From contig JBBCJC010000002.1 of the NCBI GenBank assembly GCA_037189525.1, forward strand, positions 480,001 to 544,000: a stretch of 64,000 nucleotides of DNA, given 5' to 3'. The translations under genes and the position numbers were made by a program. Shown here piece by piece: positions 31,919 to 42,745 of the stretch; the stretch's first letter is position 1, and each line of letters begins with the position of its first letter. The notes beneath the pieces were generated by a model. It was not told the DNA's origin, searched no databases, and saw nothing but the letters and a program-made list of their open reading frames with translations. Source of the stretch: Gemmatimonadales bacterium. Lineage in GTDB: Bacteria > Gemmatimonadota > Gemmatimonadetes > Gemmatimonadales > GWC2-71-9.

Positions 31919-34416
31919 GCGACCGGCTCCCCGTCGAAGTGGTCGTTCCGGAGCTGGCGGCCGCGCTCGACAACATCGGTTCCGCCGTTTTGGTGGCTGA
32001 GCCGGGCGCGGGTAAGACGACCGTGGTGCCGTGGCGGCTTCTGGATGCGCCCTGGCTCGCGGGTCGTAAGATCGTCATGCTGGAGCCGCGACGGGTGGCG
32101 GCGCGCGCGGCGGCTGCGCGGCTTGCCTGGCATCTCGACGAGGCCGTGGGTGAGACGGTGGGATACCGGATCCGTTTCGATACCAAAGTTTCCGCCAGGA
32201 CCCGGATCGAAGTCGTCACCGAAGGCGTGCTGGCGCGGATGATCGACGACGATCCGGCGCTGGAAGCGTACGGGCTCGTCATCTTCGACGAGTTCCACGA
32301 ACGCAGCCTGCCCGGGGATCTCGGCCTGGCGCTCGCCCTGCAGAGCCGAGCTATCCTTCGCCCCGATCTGCGCCTGCTGGTAATGTCGGCGACGCTCGAT
32401 GCGGCGGCGGTATCCCGGTTGCTGGGCAATGCGCCGGTGCTCGACGCGCCCGGACGGGTCTTTCCCGTCGAAACCCGCTACCGGCCTGCGCGCCCCGAAG
32501 CCCGGTTCGAGGCTCACGTTGCTACGGTCGTTCGCGAAGCGCTGGCGGAAGAGGCGGGCGACATCCTCGTTTTCCTGCCGGGCATCGGCGAGATCCGGCG
32601 GGTGGAGACAATCCTGCAGGAAGGGGACGTCGGCCGCCACGGGGACGTCGCCGTGATGCCGTTACACGGCACCCTGCCCGCCGCTGCGCAGGATGCGGCC
32701 CTGCGTCCCGGGACCACGCGTCGTGTCATCCTGGCCACCAGTATCGCGGAAACCAGCCTCACCGTGCCGGGTGTGCGGGTCGTGATCGATGGTGGACGGA
32801 TTCGGGTGCCCCGATTCTCTCCCCGTACCGGCATGAGCCGTCTCGAAACCGTGCCGGTGACGCGCGACTCGGCCGATCAGCGTCGCGGTCGCGCGGGGCG
32901 CACCGAGCCTGGGGTGTGCTATCGGCTGTGGTCGCCGGTGGAGGAACTGAGCTTTGCCGAGCATCGGACGCCGGAGATCCTCTCGGCGGACTTAGCACCG
33001 CTGGCGCTCGATCTCGCGGCCGCCGGAGTTGCCGACGTGGCGGAGCTGTCATGGTTGGATCGTCCGCCGACAGCGGCGCTGGCCCAGGCGCGTGCGCTGC
33101 TCTCGCTGTTGGGCGCGGTCGACGATGCGCATCATATCACGCCGGTTGGCCGGTCCATGGTGTCGATGGCGGTCCATCCGCGGCTGGCGCGGATGATCGT
33201 CTCGGCACGGGAGGGCGGAGTTGCGGAGCACGCCCTTGCCATCGAATTGGCCACGCTGTTGTCCGATCGCGATCCGGTTCGCCGGACCGACCCGCGAGAA
33301 CTACCGGACGTGGACCTGCGATTGCGAGTCGACGCCGTGACCACCGGCAGAACGCCGGCCGGTCTCCAGATCGATCATGGGGCGAAGTCGCGATTGCAGA
33401 GTGACATCCGCGAATGGCGGAAGCGAGCCGGGATCGCTCGGGAGGTCCGGTCCGACACGGAACAGGTCGGGCGGCTCCTGGCAGCTGCGTATCCCGATCG
33501 GGTTGCCCAGCGACGAGCGGGGCAGGTCGGGCGGTTCTTGCTTCGGAATGGCCGAGGTGTTGCCGTGCCCCCTGATCAGCCGCTGGCGCGTGCCGACTAC
33601 ATCGTCGCCGCGGATCTGGACGATACCGGTGCCGAGAGCCGGGTTTTGCTCGCGGCTCCGCTTGGCGCCGATGTGGTCGATGCGCTGGTCCAGCAGCACG
33701 GCGAGCGGCGCGTGGCCGTCGAATGGGATCCGGCTCGGCGGTCGATGCGGCTTTTCGAACGCCTGCAGCTGGGTGAGATCGTCGTGACGGAACGACAGCT
33801 GGCTGATCCCGATCCCGACCGGATTCGCGAAGGTGTCCTCGCCGTGATCCGGGCCGAGGGGCTTGAGCTGCTGCGCTGGTCGGAGGCGGCCGTGCGTTTG
33901 CGGGAACGGCTGGCAACGCTCCATCACGCCGATCCAACCGGGTGGCCCGACGTGTCCGATACGGCGCTGCTCGAATCGATCGACGGATGGCTGGCATCGG
34001 CCGTGGTGTCGGGCGCCGTCGATGCCATCGATCTCACGTCCGCCCTGCGCAGCTTGTTGAGCCATGAGCAGCAGCGCCAGCTCGATCGGATGGCGCCGGA
34101 ACACTATGAGGTGCCGACCGGCTCCCGCATCCGGATCGACTACAGTGACCCCGCGGCGCCGGTCCTTCCGGTTCGGCTGCAGGAAATGTTCGGCGAGCAG
34201 GTGACGCCGCGGATCGCGAACGGAACCATTCCGCTCACGGTCCATCTCCTGTCGCCGGCGGGGCGACCGATTCAGGTCACGCGCGACCTGGCCGGGTTCT
34301 GGCGTACCAGCTATTTCGATGTGCGGAAAGACATGCGCGGGCGCTATCCCAAGCACGACTGGCCCGAGAACCCGCTCGACGCGACACCCACCCGTCGCGC
34401 CAAGCGGAAATCCTGA
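31915..34416 (+). CDS. hrpB: ATP-dependent RNA helicase HrpB
   Basis: AEPGAGKTT, DEFHERS, MSAT, ATSIAETSLT, QRRGRAGR, HrpB_C tail LLSPAGRPIQVTRDL..FW..SY..VRKDMRGRYPKHDWP. GTGA overlap. Confidence 0.95.
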   Translation: MSDRLPVEVVVPELAAALDNIGSAVLVAEPGAGKTTVVPWRLLDAPWLAGRKIVMLEPRRVAARAAAARLAWHLDEAVGETVGYRIRFDTKVSARTRIEVVTEGVLARMIDDDPALEAYGLVIFDEFHERSLPGDLGLALALQSRAILRPDLRLLVMSATLDAAAVSRLLGNAPVLDAPGRVFPVETRYRPARPEARFEAHVATVVREALAEEAGDILVFLPGIGEIRRVETILQEGDVGRHGDVAVMPLHGTLPAAAQDAALRPGTTRRVILATSIAETSLTVPGVRVVIDGGRIRVPRFSPRTGMSRLETVPVTRDSADQRRGRAGRTEPGVCYRLWSPVEELSFAEHRTPEILSADLAPLALDLAAAGVADVAELSWLDRPPTAALAQARALLSLLGAVDDAHHITPVGRSMVSMAVHPRLARMIVSAREGGVAEHALAIELATLLSDRDPVRRTDPRELPDVDLRLRVDAVTTGRTPAGLQIDHGAKSRLQSDIREWRKRAGIAREVRSDTEQVGRLLAAAYPDRVAQRRAGQVGRFLLRNGRGVAVPPDQPLARADYIVAADLDDTGAESRVLLAAPLGADVVDALVQQHGERRVAVEWDPARRSMRLFERLQLGEIVVTERQLADPDPDRIREGVLAVIRAEGLELLRWSEAAVRLRERLATLHHADPTGWPDVSDTALLESIDGWLASAVVSGAVDAIDLTSALRSLLSHEQQRQLDRMAPEHYEVPTGSRIRIDYSDPAAPVLPVRLQEMFGEQVTPRIANGTIPLTVHLLSPAGRPIQVTRDLAGFWRTSYFDVRKDMRGRYPKHDWPENPLDATPTRRAKRKS

Positions 34417-34419
34417 GGC

Positions 34420-36549
34420 TCAGGCAGGGTACAGCGAGCGATCGTCCCGGGCGAGGTCGCGGAGTAGCGCCGGCGGCCTGAACCGCTCGCCGAAGCGATC
34501 GGCCAGCGCATCGCACTCGTCCGCCAGGCGCCGAGTCCCGATCCGGTCGATGTACGACGCGACACCGCCGTGAAAGGGGCAGAAACCCCATCCGAGAATC
34601 GAACCGACGTCCGCGTCCTCCGGCCGGGATACAATCCCTTCCTCCATACAGCGGAGCGTCTCGATCGCCTGAATGTGCAGCAGACGCTGTTGCACCAGTT
34701 CGACCGACGGTTGGATAGCTGCTTTGGGGTAATGCGTCTCGAGCAGCGGCCAGAGCGTGGCGTCGCGCTCGTGGTAGTCGAAGAACCCGGCCTTGACCTT
34801 CTGTCCGTATCGCCCCTGCTGGACCATGAACTCGATGATCGGATCGGCCGGATGTGGTGCGTAGCTGGCGCCGAGATCCGCTTCGGTCTGCAGGCGGATC
34901 TTGTGAGACAGATCGAGGTTGACCATGTCGGCCACGGTCAGCGGTCCCATCGGCATTCCGGCCAGCCGGCCCGCGTGATCGATCAGCGCCGCGCCCGTGC
35001 CTTCCCCCAGCATCGCGACACCTTCCGTCAGGTACGTGCCGAAAACGCGGCTCGTGAAGAAGCCGCGCCCGTCCTGGACCACGACCGGTGTCTTGCCGAT
35101 GGCCTGGACGAAGTCGAGCGCCTGGGCCAGCGTCGTATCCGACGTATGCGCACCAAGAATGACCTCGACCAGAGCCATCTTCTCCACCGGGCTGAAGAAG
35201 TGGAGACCGATGAATTGCTCCGGGCGGACGCTGGTCTCCGCCAGTCCGGACACCGGCAGCGTCGAGGTATTGGTGCCCATGATTGCCTCGGGTCCAATCA
35301 CCGCTTCGGCCTGACGAGTGACCTCGGCCTTGAGGTCTCGCCGCTCGAACACGGCTTCGATCACGAGGGATGATCCCGCCAGGTCGGCAAAATCGGCGGT
35401 TGGGCGGATGCGGTCGAGTGTTGCGGCCGCCTTCTCCTCGGTGAGCCGGCCTTTCTTGACCGCATCGGCGAGGATGGCTCCGACCCGCTCCTTACCGCGT
35501 TCGGCGGCGGCACGATCGACATCCAGCAGCACGACATCGATGCCATTGAGGGCGGCGGCGTGGGCAATCCCGTGGCCCATCAGCCCCGCGCCGAGAATGC
35601 CGACTTGGCGGTAGGATGCCTTGGGAATTCCGGCGGGGCGGTGTTCGAGCCGCTTGGCGCTGCCCATGCTGAAGAACAGGGTACGCACCATGTTGCGGGT
35701 CGACGGGTGGAACACCAGTTCCACGAAGCCTCGCGCTTCGATCTTGAGTCCCTGATCGATCGGCAGTTGAAGGCCGTGATAGATCGCGTAGGTCGCCAGG
35801 CGCGGGGCTGGATAGTTCCCCCACGTTTCTCTGGTGATCATCGCATTGGTGCCGACGAAGGTCTCGAGCCCCGCCGGCGAATGCACCTCGCCGCCCGGGA
35901 TCCGATATCCCTTCTTGTCCCACGGCTGGATGGGCTCGATGCTGCGGACCAGTGCGCGGGCGCGATCGAGCAGTGCGTCGCGCGCGACCACTTCGGTGAC
36001 AAAACCGAGTTCGAGCGCTTTGCGAGGCGGAACCGTTTTCCCCTGGGTGATCAAGCCGATCGCTTCGCGGGCGCCGATCAGGCGGGGCAGGCGCTGGGTG
36101 CCGCCGCCTCCCGGGAGCAGACCAAGCGACACCTCCGGCAGCCCGATCCGAATCGCCGGATCGTCCGCCACCACGCGAGCATGACAGGCCAGGGCAAGCT
36201 CGAATCCGCCGCCTAAAGCGGTGCCGTTGAGCGCGGCCACGACCGGTTTGCCGCCCGTTTCCAGCGTCCGCGTGAGTTGCTGCAGGCTCCGCACCCGTTC
36301 CAGAAACTCGGCCCGGGTCATCTGTGCCGCTGCCAGCAGCATCTTGAGGTCGGCCCCAACCAGGAAGTCCGGCTTTGCGGACGTCAGGATGATGCCGGTC
36401 ACGGCGGGGTCGTGGATCAGGCTGCCGACGGCATCGCGCAGCTCGGCGAGAGACTCCTCGGACAACACGTTGGGCGCTTTCCCGGGCGAGTCGAACGTCA
36501 GGATCGCGATCCCGTCGGCATCGGTTTGGACGGTGAGATGGGTAGGCAT
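34420..36549 (-). CDS. Fatty acid oxidation multifunctional protein (enoyl-CoA hydratase / 3-hydroxyacyl-CoA dehydrogenase, FadB/FadJ-like)
   Basis: [55 protein letters not shown]. Confidence 0.93.
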   Translation of the reverse strand: MPTHLTVQTDADGIAILTFDSPGKAPNVLSEESLAELRDAVGSLIHDPAVTGIILTSAKPDFLVGADLKMLLAAAQMTRAEFLERVRSLQQLTRTLETGGKPVVAALNGTALGGGFELALACHARVVADDPAIRIGLPEVSLGLLPGGGGTQRLPRLIGAREAIGLITQGKTVPPRKALELGFVTEVVARDALLDRARALVRSIEPIQPWDKKGYRIPGGEVHSPAGLETFVGTNAMITRETWGNYPAPRLATYAIYHGLQLPIDQGLKIEARGFVELVFHPSTRNMVRTLFFSMGSAKRLEHRPAGIPKASYRQVGILGAGLMGHGIAHAAALNGIDVVLLDVDRAAAERGKERVGAILADAVKKGRLTEEKAAATLDRIRPTADFADLAGSSLVIEAVFERRDLKAEVTRQAEAVIGPEAIMGTNTSTLPVSGLAETSVRPEQFIGLHFFSPVEKMALVEVILGAHTSDTTLAQALDFVQAIGKTPVVVQDGRGFFTSRVFGTYLTEGVAMLGEGTGAALIDHAGRLAGMPMGPLTVADMVNLDLSHKIRLQTEADLGASYAPHPADPIIEFMVQQGRYGQKVKAGFFDYHERDATLWPLLETHYPKAAIQPSVELVQQRLLHIQAIETLRCMEEGIVSRPEDADVGSILGWGFCPFHGGVASYIDRIGTRRLADECDALADRFGERFRPPALLRDLARDDRSLYPA

Positions 36550-36553
36550 GGCG

Positions 36554-37759
<1,206 letters not shown>

Positions 37760-37801
37760 GGGCCAGCGCCTGTCGGAAAAGCGGCCGTGAAGGAATCGGG
37801 T

Positions 37802-37841
37802 AATCAAGCATAATACAACGATCGTTATATTCGCGTTGATT
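37802..37841. promoter_or_regulatory. Interrupted 40-bp palindrome, putative repressor operator upstream of the thiolase-FadB operon
   Basis: AATCAA-N4-AATACAACGATCGTTATATT-N4-TTGATT, symmetric about 37821/37822. Confidence 0.6.
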
Positions 37842-37901
37842 GTCTGCGGTGGGCGCGGCTCGTACTTTCAGCCGTTCCCCTAATGTCCTGATGAGGTACC
37901 G

Positions 37902-38603
37902 ATGTCCGCACTGCAGTTTGGCATGGTGCTCTTTCCCGATCTCACGCACCTGGACCTGGCCGGGCCATTCGAAGTCTTCGGACGAGTGCCGGGGGCGACT
38001 GTGCGAGCGGTAGCCGCGACCCGCGATCCGGTGCGGAGCGACACGGGGCTTGCTTGGCTGCCAGATCTGACCTTCGATGAGGCGCCGGCTTTCGATGTGA
38101 TCTGCGTCCCCGGTGGTCCCGGCGTCAATCCGGCCATGGAGAACGAAGCCCTCCTCGACTGGTTGCGCCGGCAAGCGTCTGGCGCGCGCTTCGTAACCTC
38201 GGTCTGCACCGGATCACTGGTGCTCGGCGCAGCCGGCCTTCTACGTGGCTATCGGGCGACCACGCATTGGATGTCCCATCCGTTGCTGGCGCACTTCGGC
38301 GCCATTCCGATCGCGGAACGCGTTGTGGTCGACCGCAACCGGATCACCGGCGGCGGAGTGACGGCAGGCATCGACTTCGGCCTCACGGTAGCTGCGGAAC
38401 TGGCCGGTGAGGCGGCCGCCAAGCAGATCCAGTTGATGCTGGAGTACGACCCCGCGCCCCCGTTCGATGCCGGCTCTCCGGCGCGGGCCGAGCCCGAAAC
38501 CGTGGCGGCGGTGCAGGCCGGCGCCGCACCCTACTTCAGCCGGCGGCAGGCGATCGTGACTCGCGCGGCAAGCCGGCTCGGTCTTCCCGCGTCAGACGCG
38601 TAG
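37902..38603 (+). CDS. DJ-1/PfpI family protein (isonitrile hydratase-like)
   Basis: LDLAGP.EVF, VPGGPG, SVCTGSLVL, ATTHW, GGGVTAGIDF, LEYDPAPPFDAGSP. Confidence 0.92.
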   Translation: MSALQFGMVLFPDLTHLDLAGPFEVFGRVPGATVRAVAATRDPVRSDTGLAWLPDLTFDEAPAFDVICVPGGPGVNPAMENEALLDWLRRQASGARFVTSVCTGSLVLGAAGLLRGYRATTHWMSHPLLAHFGAIPIAERVVVDRNRITGGGVTAGIDFGLTVAAELAGEAAAKQIQLMLEYDPAPPFDAGSPARAEPETVAAVQAGAAPYFSRRQAIVTRAASRLGLPASDA

Positions 38604-39092
38604 TCACGGCAGGAAGCGGTGTCGGGCCTCGGCCGGCGGTAAGGGACAACTGTCGTAGCGGCCAAAGAGCCGGTAGCGCCAGTGGGCCACGATGTCGTAG
38701 AGGGAGTCGCGGATTTCGCGCGGGATCAGATACCCGATCAGCAGCAGTTTCCAGCCCTTGCCCAGGTAGCGGAAGATCCGAAGCACGGCGGTGGATCGTG
38801 TCGTGATGTGGTCGCCCTCGACCAGGACGATCGAGGCGGGGGTCGCCACGTCGGGATGCGCAGCGAGAAGGGCCTGGCCGTACTCGCTGGTCAGGGCCGC
38901 AAACCGAAGCGGCCCTTGGCGATCGACCCGGAGCAGAAACCGCACCCACCCGTTGCAGAGGGCACAGTGCCCGTCGTAGAGGAGGACCGGTCCCGGCTCA
39001 GACGAGGCCGGCTTCGCGGAGTTCCTCTTCGAAGTCGGGAGCGGGTACCTGTGGTCGGCGGAAGTACCACCACTGTTCCGAGGGCTCGTAGC
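38604..39092 (-). CDS. DCC1-like thiol-disulfide oxidoreductase (DUF393); start uncertain
   Basis: LLYDGHCALCNGWVRF, FAALTS, P..IRD.LYD.VA..RY..FG...SC. The only in-frame ATG/GTG starts lie deep inside the upstream gene. Confidence 0.8.
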   Translation of the reverse strand, partial: ATSPRNSGGTSADHRYPLPTSKRNSAKPASSEPGPVLLYDGHCALCNGWVRFLLRVDRQGPLRFAALTSEYGQALLAAHPDVATPASIVLVEGDHITTRSTAVLRIFRYLGKGWKLLLIGYLIPREIRDSLYDIVAHWRYRLFGRYDSCPLPPAEARHRFLP

Positions 39093-39414
39093 CATTCTCC
39101 CTCGCATGACGTTCGCCCCAGATCGGCGGACATTCCACCGTCAGGTCTTTGAACCGCTGGTCGAGCGCTGCGAGTTTCGGCTCGGCGGCGGCGCGGTCGT
39201 CGTTGGCGGCGATTTCCAGGGCCCCCTGCAAGACGTCGCGGAGGTCCATGTCGTTCTGGTAGTCGCCGAAGGTGAGGTCATACCCCTCCTCCACGGCGTC
39301 GACCAGACTGGCCCAGTGGGAAATCAGGCCGTCGAGGCCCCCCTTCACGACGCTCGCTGAGCAGCCTCGGCGTCGGAGATACTGGCGTACGCGATCAGGT
39401 TGTTGCGTCATCAT
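38998..39414 (-). CDS. Hypothetical protein (138 aa)
   Basis: ATG 39414 after GGGGTAGGA. Acidic globular sequence with W...V..VEEGY...DYQNDMDLR and WWYFRRP motifs. Confidence 0.6.
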   Translation of the reverse strand: MMTQQPDRVRQYLRRRGCSASVVKGGLDGLISHWASLVDAVEEGYDLTFGDYQNDMDLRDVLQGALEIAANDDRAAAEPKLAALDQRFKDLTVECPPIWGERHARENGYEPSEQWWYFRRPQVPAPDFEEELREAGLV

Positions 39415-39589
39415 TCCTACCCCCGTCGAACTTGGCGCCGGAAGTATGCCTCGCCGTCGATCGGCTGGAAAAAGGTCCGTATCAGGCCATCGGTCGCCGC
39501 TGGCCGCGGCGGCAGGTTCCACACCCGACCGCGATAGAATGTCAGCATCACGGCCAATGGTCAACCGCCAGCGCCCCGCTTTGGCAAGA

Positions 39590-40585
39590 TCAGCGCCGTC
39601 GTCCCTCGTACCAGCCCCGAATCGGACGGGGGGTGTAGGGCGCCTCGAGCGCGGCGACCTCGTCGTCGGTCAGGCGGAGGGCCACCCCCCGAACCGCCGA
39701 CTCCAGATGCTCCAGCTTGGTCGCCCCGATGATCGGCGCGGTCACCCCCGGCCTCGAGGCCAGCCACGCCAGCGCCGTCTCCGCGGGACTCACCCCGCGC
39801 GCGGCGGCCACTTTGGCGTTGGCCTCGAGAATGGCGCCGTCGCCCGGGTGGTCATAGAGCTGCCCGATCTGTCCCTTGTCCGTCGCCCCTCGGCTGGTGG
39901 TGGTCAGGTCGAGGGAACTCCGGGCCAGGAGACCGCGCGCCAGCGGCGACCACGGGATTACCCCGAGCCCCTGGTCGAGGCAGAGCGGGATCATCTCCCG
40001 CTCCTCCTCGCGATACAACAGGTTGTAGTGATTTTGCATCGACACGAACCGGGCCATCCCCAGCCGGTCGGCCGTGCCCAGCGCCTTCATCAGCTTCCAG
40101 GCGAAGGTCGTGCTGGCGCCGATGTAGCGAACCTTGCCCTGCTGCACCAAGAGGTCGAGGGCGGCCACCGTCTCCTCGATCGGCGTTTCGGGGTCGAATC
40201 GATGCACCTGATAGAGGTCGATCGTTTCGACGCCGAGTCGCTTGAGGCTGGCCTCGCAGGCCTGGACGATATGCTTCCGGGAGAGCCCGACCATGTTCGG
40301 CCCGCCGGGGCGCATCTCGAAGAACACTTTGGTCGCGATGACCACCTCGTCCAGCCGGGCGTAGTCGCGGAGCAACCGACCGGTGACCTCCTCGCTCCGG
40401 CCCAGCGAGTACATATCAGCCGTATCGAAGAAGTTGATGCCGAGTTCGACGGCGCGCCGGAAAAACGGGCGGGCGGCCTCCTCATCCAGGACCCAGGATC
40501 GCCAGCCAGGGTTGCCATAGCTCATACAGCCGAGACAAACGCGGGAGACGACGAGGCCGCTGGTGCCGAGACGGGAATATTCCAT
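39590..40585 (-). CDS. Aldo/keto reductase
   Basis: MEYSRLGTSGLVVSRVCLGCM, FDTADMY, SLKRLG..IDLYQVHR, MQNHYNL, WSPLARG. Confidence 0.95.
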   Translation of the reverse strand: MEYSRLGTSGLVVSRVCLGCMSYGNPGWRSWVLDEEAARPFFRRAVELGINFFDTADMYSLGRSEEVTGRLLRDYARLDEVVIATKVFFEMRPGGPNMVGLSRKHIVQACEASLKRLGVETIDLYQVHRFDPETPIEETVAALDLLVQQGKVRYIGASTTFAWKLMKALGTADRLGMARFVSMQNHYNLLYREEEREMIPLCLDQGLGVIPWSPLARGLLARSSLDLTTTSRGATDKGQIGQLYDHPGDGAILEANAKVAAARGVSPAETALAWLASRPGVTAPIIGATKLEHLESAVRGVALRLTDDEVAALEAPYTPRPIRGWYEGRRR

Positions 40586-40749
40586 CCACGGGAAATAGCC
40601 GGACGACCGGCCCCCGACAAGACGGGCCGTCGGCACAGGTGCTGGGTCGACCCGGCACCGCCGGCGCACGGGTACGCCCGCCCGCGTTGCGCGGGAAGGG
40701 GACCCGGGTTTTTTTCTGGCGTTGCCATCACCGGATGCGGGAGAGACCG

Positions 40750-41529
40750 ATGTCGCAAATTCGAACAGTCGCAGCTACCGTCCTGTTGGGCGTAGCCGCC
40801 GTGGCCCCGCTTCTCGCGCAGGAGGCGCCGGTCAAGACCCGCTCCTTCTCGGCCGACTTCGGTTTCGTCAGTGCGGCGGGCAATACCAACGTCACCACCT
40901 TGAACTTCGGCGACCGCCTGGTGCTCAACACGGCGGACAAGAAGCTGATCTTTACACAGACCTTCAACGCGGTGCGGAGCGAAGCCGATGGTTCCCGCAC
41001 GGCCGAGAACTATCGTACCCAGATGCGTCTGGACCGGGGGCTGGGACACAGCTTCTATGCCTTCGTGCTGGGTGGCTGGGAGCGGAACGTCCCGGCCGGC
41101 GTGGCGCGGCGATTCGAAGAGACCGCCGGTATTGCGTACCAGGCCATTGCGACCGAGCGGGACCAGTTGAACGTCGAGATCGGTCTCTCGTTCTTTCAGC
41201 AGCGCAACGTCGAAGCGCAGCTTGGACAGAGCCTGGACGACAACTACACGGCCGGTCGCGCCGCCGCGTTCTATAAGCGCGTGCTCCGGGGCCCCGCGTT
41301 CTTGTCGCAGCACCTCGAGTTCATTCCCAATTTCGACGACCAGAACGACTTCCGGATCAACACGGAAACCGCGTTGGTGGCTCCCCTGTCGACGGCGATC
41401 GGGGTCAAGCTGGGCTATGTCATTCGGTACGACAATTTCCCGGGCCTCCTGCCGGATCCGAACCCGAACCAGGAGCGGCTGCGCAAGGCCGACCGCTTCC
41501 TGACCGCGGGTCTCACGATCTCCTACTGA
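40750..41529 (+). CDS. DUF481 family outer-membrane beta-barrel
   Basis: Signal peptide, GF..A.GNT, TAENY, amphipathic strands, terminal aromatic residue (LTISY). Confidence 0.8.
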   Translation: MSQIRTVAATVLLGVAAVAPLLAQEAPVKTRSFSADFGFVSAAGNTNVTTLNFGDRLVLNTADKKLIFTQTFNAVRSEADGSRTAENYRTQMRLDRGLGHSFYAFVLGGWERNVPAGVARRFEETAGIAYQAIATERDQLNVEIGLSFFQQRNVEAQLGQSLDDNYTAGRAAAFYKRVLRGPAFLSQHLEFIPNFDDQNDFRINTETALVAPLSTAIGVKLGYVIRYDNFPGLLPDPNPNQERLRKADRFLTAGLTISY

Positions 41530-41598
41530 GCCGCTTCCCATGCTGATCGATTCGAGGGGCGGCCCGGTGGGTCGCCCTTCGGGAGGTGCTTGCCGGTG

Positions 41599-42039
41599 AT
41601 GACGACGATCCTGGCCTCATTGGCCCTGTTCGGGGCGCCTCAGGCGGCTACCCTCCAGCGGATTCCGCAGGATTCGACGGCCAAAGCGGTCGCGGCAGCC
41701 CTGCAGGCGCAGTGGACGGCCCAGGTTGTGCGGGATACGGCGGCACTTCGCAACCTTTTGGGCGACGACCTCGTCTATATCCACTCGAACGCGTTGGTGG
41801 AGGACAAGGCCGGGTTCATCCGGACGGTGGCGACCGGGACGATCGTGTACCATGACGTCTCGCCCCTGGAGATGACGTATAGAGTGATGGGGGCGACCGT
41901 GGTGGGGAACGGGCGGGTCCGGGTACGGGTCGAACTGGGTGGGCGGGATCTCACCCTGGAACTGTTGGTGACGACCGTTCATGTCCGTCGGGACGGTCGG
42001 TGGCAGCTGGCGGCCTGGCAGTCGACCAGGGTCCAGTAG
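41599..42039 (+). CDS. NTF2-like (DUF4440) protein
   Basis: D..AL..LL.DDLVYIHSNA..EDK, GRWQL..WQST. Confidence 0.85.
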   Translation: MTTILASLALFGAPQAATLQRIPQDSTAKAVAAALQAQWTAQVVRDTAALRNLLGDDLVYIHSNALVEDKAGFIRTVATGTIVYHDVSPLEMTYRVMGATVVGNGRVRVRVELGGRDLTLELLVTTVHVRRDGRWQLAAWQSTRVQ

Positions 42040-42089
42040 ACGGCGGGTTACAGTGTATCTTTCGCTTTGTCCATCATTCAGGAGATCGT

Positions 42090-42575
42090 ATGCGGAAACT
42101 GGTTGCAGCGGCTGGGGTTGTGATCGCGGCGTTTGCGTTTGCGCCGCGGGCGGAGGCTCAGGCCTTCGGTGCGAACCTGTCGTGGGGTGACGACACCGAC
42201 TTCGGCCTCGGCGCCCGTGTCGCGTTCCCGATCGGTGGCAGCGTCGGGCAGAAGGGCATCAAGGGTCTGGCGACGTTCGATTATTTCTTCCCGGACGGGT
42301 TCGATTTCTGGGAGATCACCGGTAACGGTGTGTACGACATCTCCAGCTCCGGTTCCGCGACCCCGTACGTCGGCGCGGGTATCACCTTCGCGCGCGCTTC
42401 GTATGATGTAGGCCCCGGTTTCAACGGGAGCAATTCGGAGGTTGGTCTCAACCTGTTGGGCGGCGCTCGCTTCAAGCCGACCGGCAATGTCCAGCCGTTC
42501 GTCGAGGCGCGCTTCCAGATCCGTGACGGCAGTCAGTTCGTGCTCTCCGGCGGCGTTTTCTTCGGCAAGCTGTAA
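42090..42575 (+). CDS. Small outer-membrane beta-barrel (OmpA/OmpW-like 8-stranded)
   Basis: AGGAG RBS, signal peptide AEA-Q, FDYFF, PYVGAG, PFVEARF. Confidence 0.8.
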   Translation: MRKLVAAAGVVIAAFAFAPRAEAQAFGANLSWGDDTDFGLGARVAFPIGGSVGQKGIKGLATFDYFFPDGFDFWEITGNGVYDISSSGSATPYVGAGITFARASYDVGPGFNGSNSEVGLNLLGGARFKPTGNVQPFVEARFQIRDGSQFVLSGGVFFGKL

Positions 42576-42598
42576 TCGATCGGAACCGATCGATCCCA

Positions 42599-42632
42599 GG
42601 CGGGCGGCTTCGGCCGCCCGCTTTGTCGTTTT
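42599..42632 (+). terminator. Rho-independent terminator
   Basis: GCGGGCGGC-TTCG-GCCGCCCGC followed by TTTGTCGTTTT. Confidence 0.8.
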
Positions 42633-42745
42633 CGGATCCCGACTGTGCGCAGCTTGCGTAGTTCTCCAGGTATCGAACGGATCTGCTTGACGGGATTTCG
42701 GCCGCCTCGTAGCTTGGCCCATCCGCGTCGATTCTTTCCCCAGCG

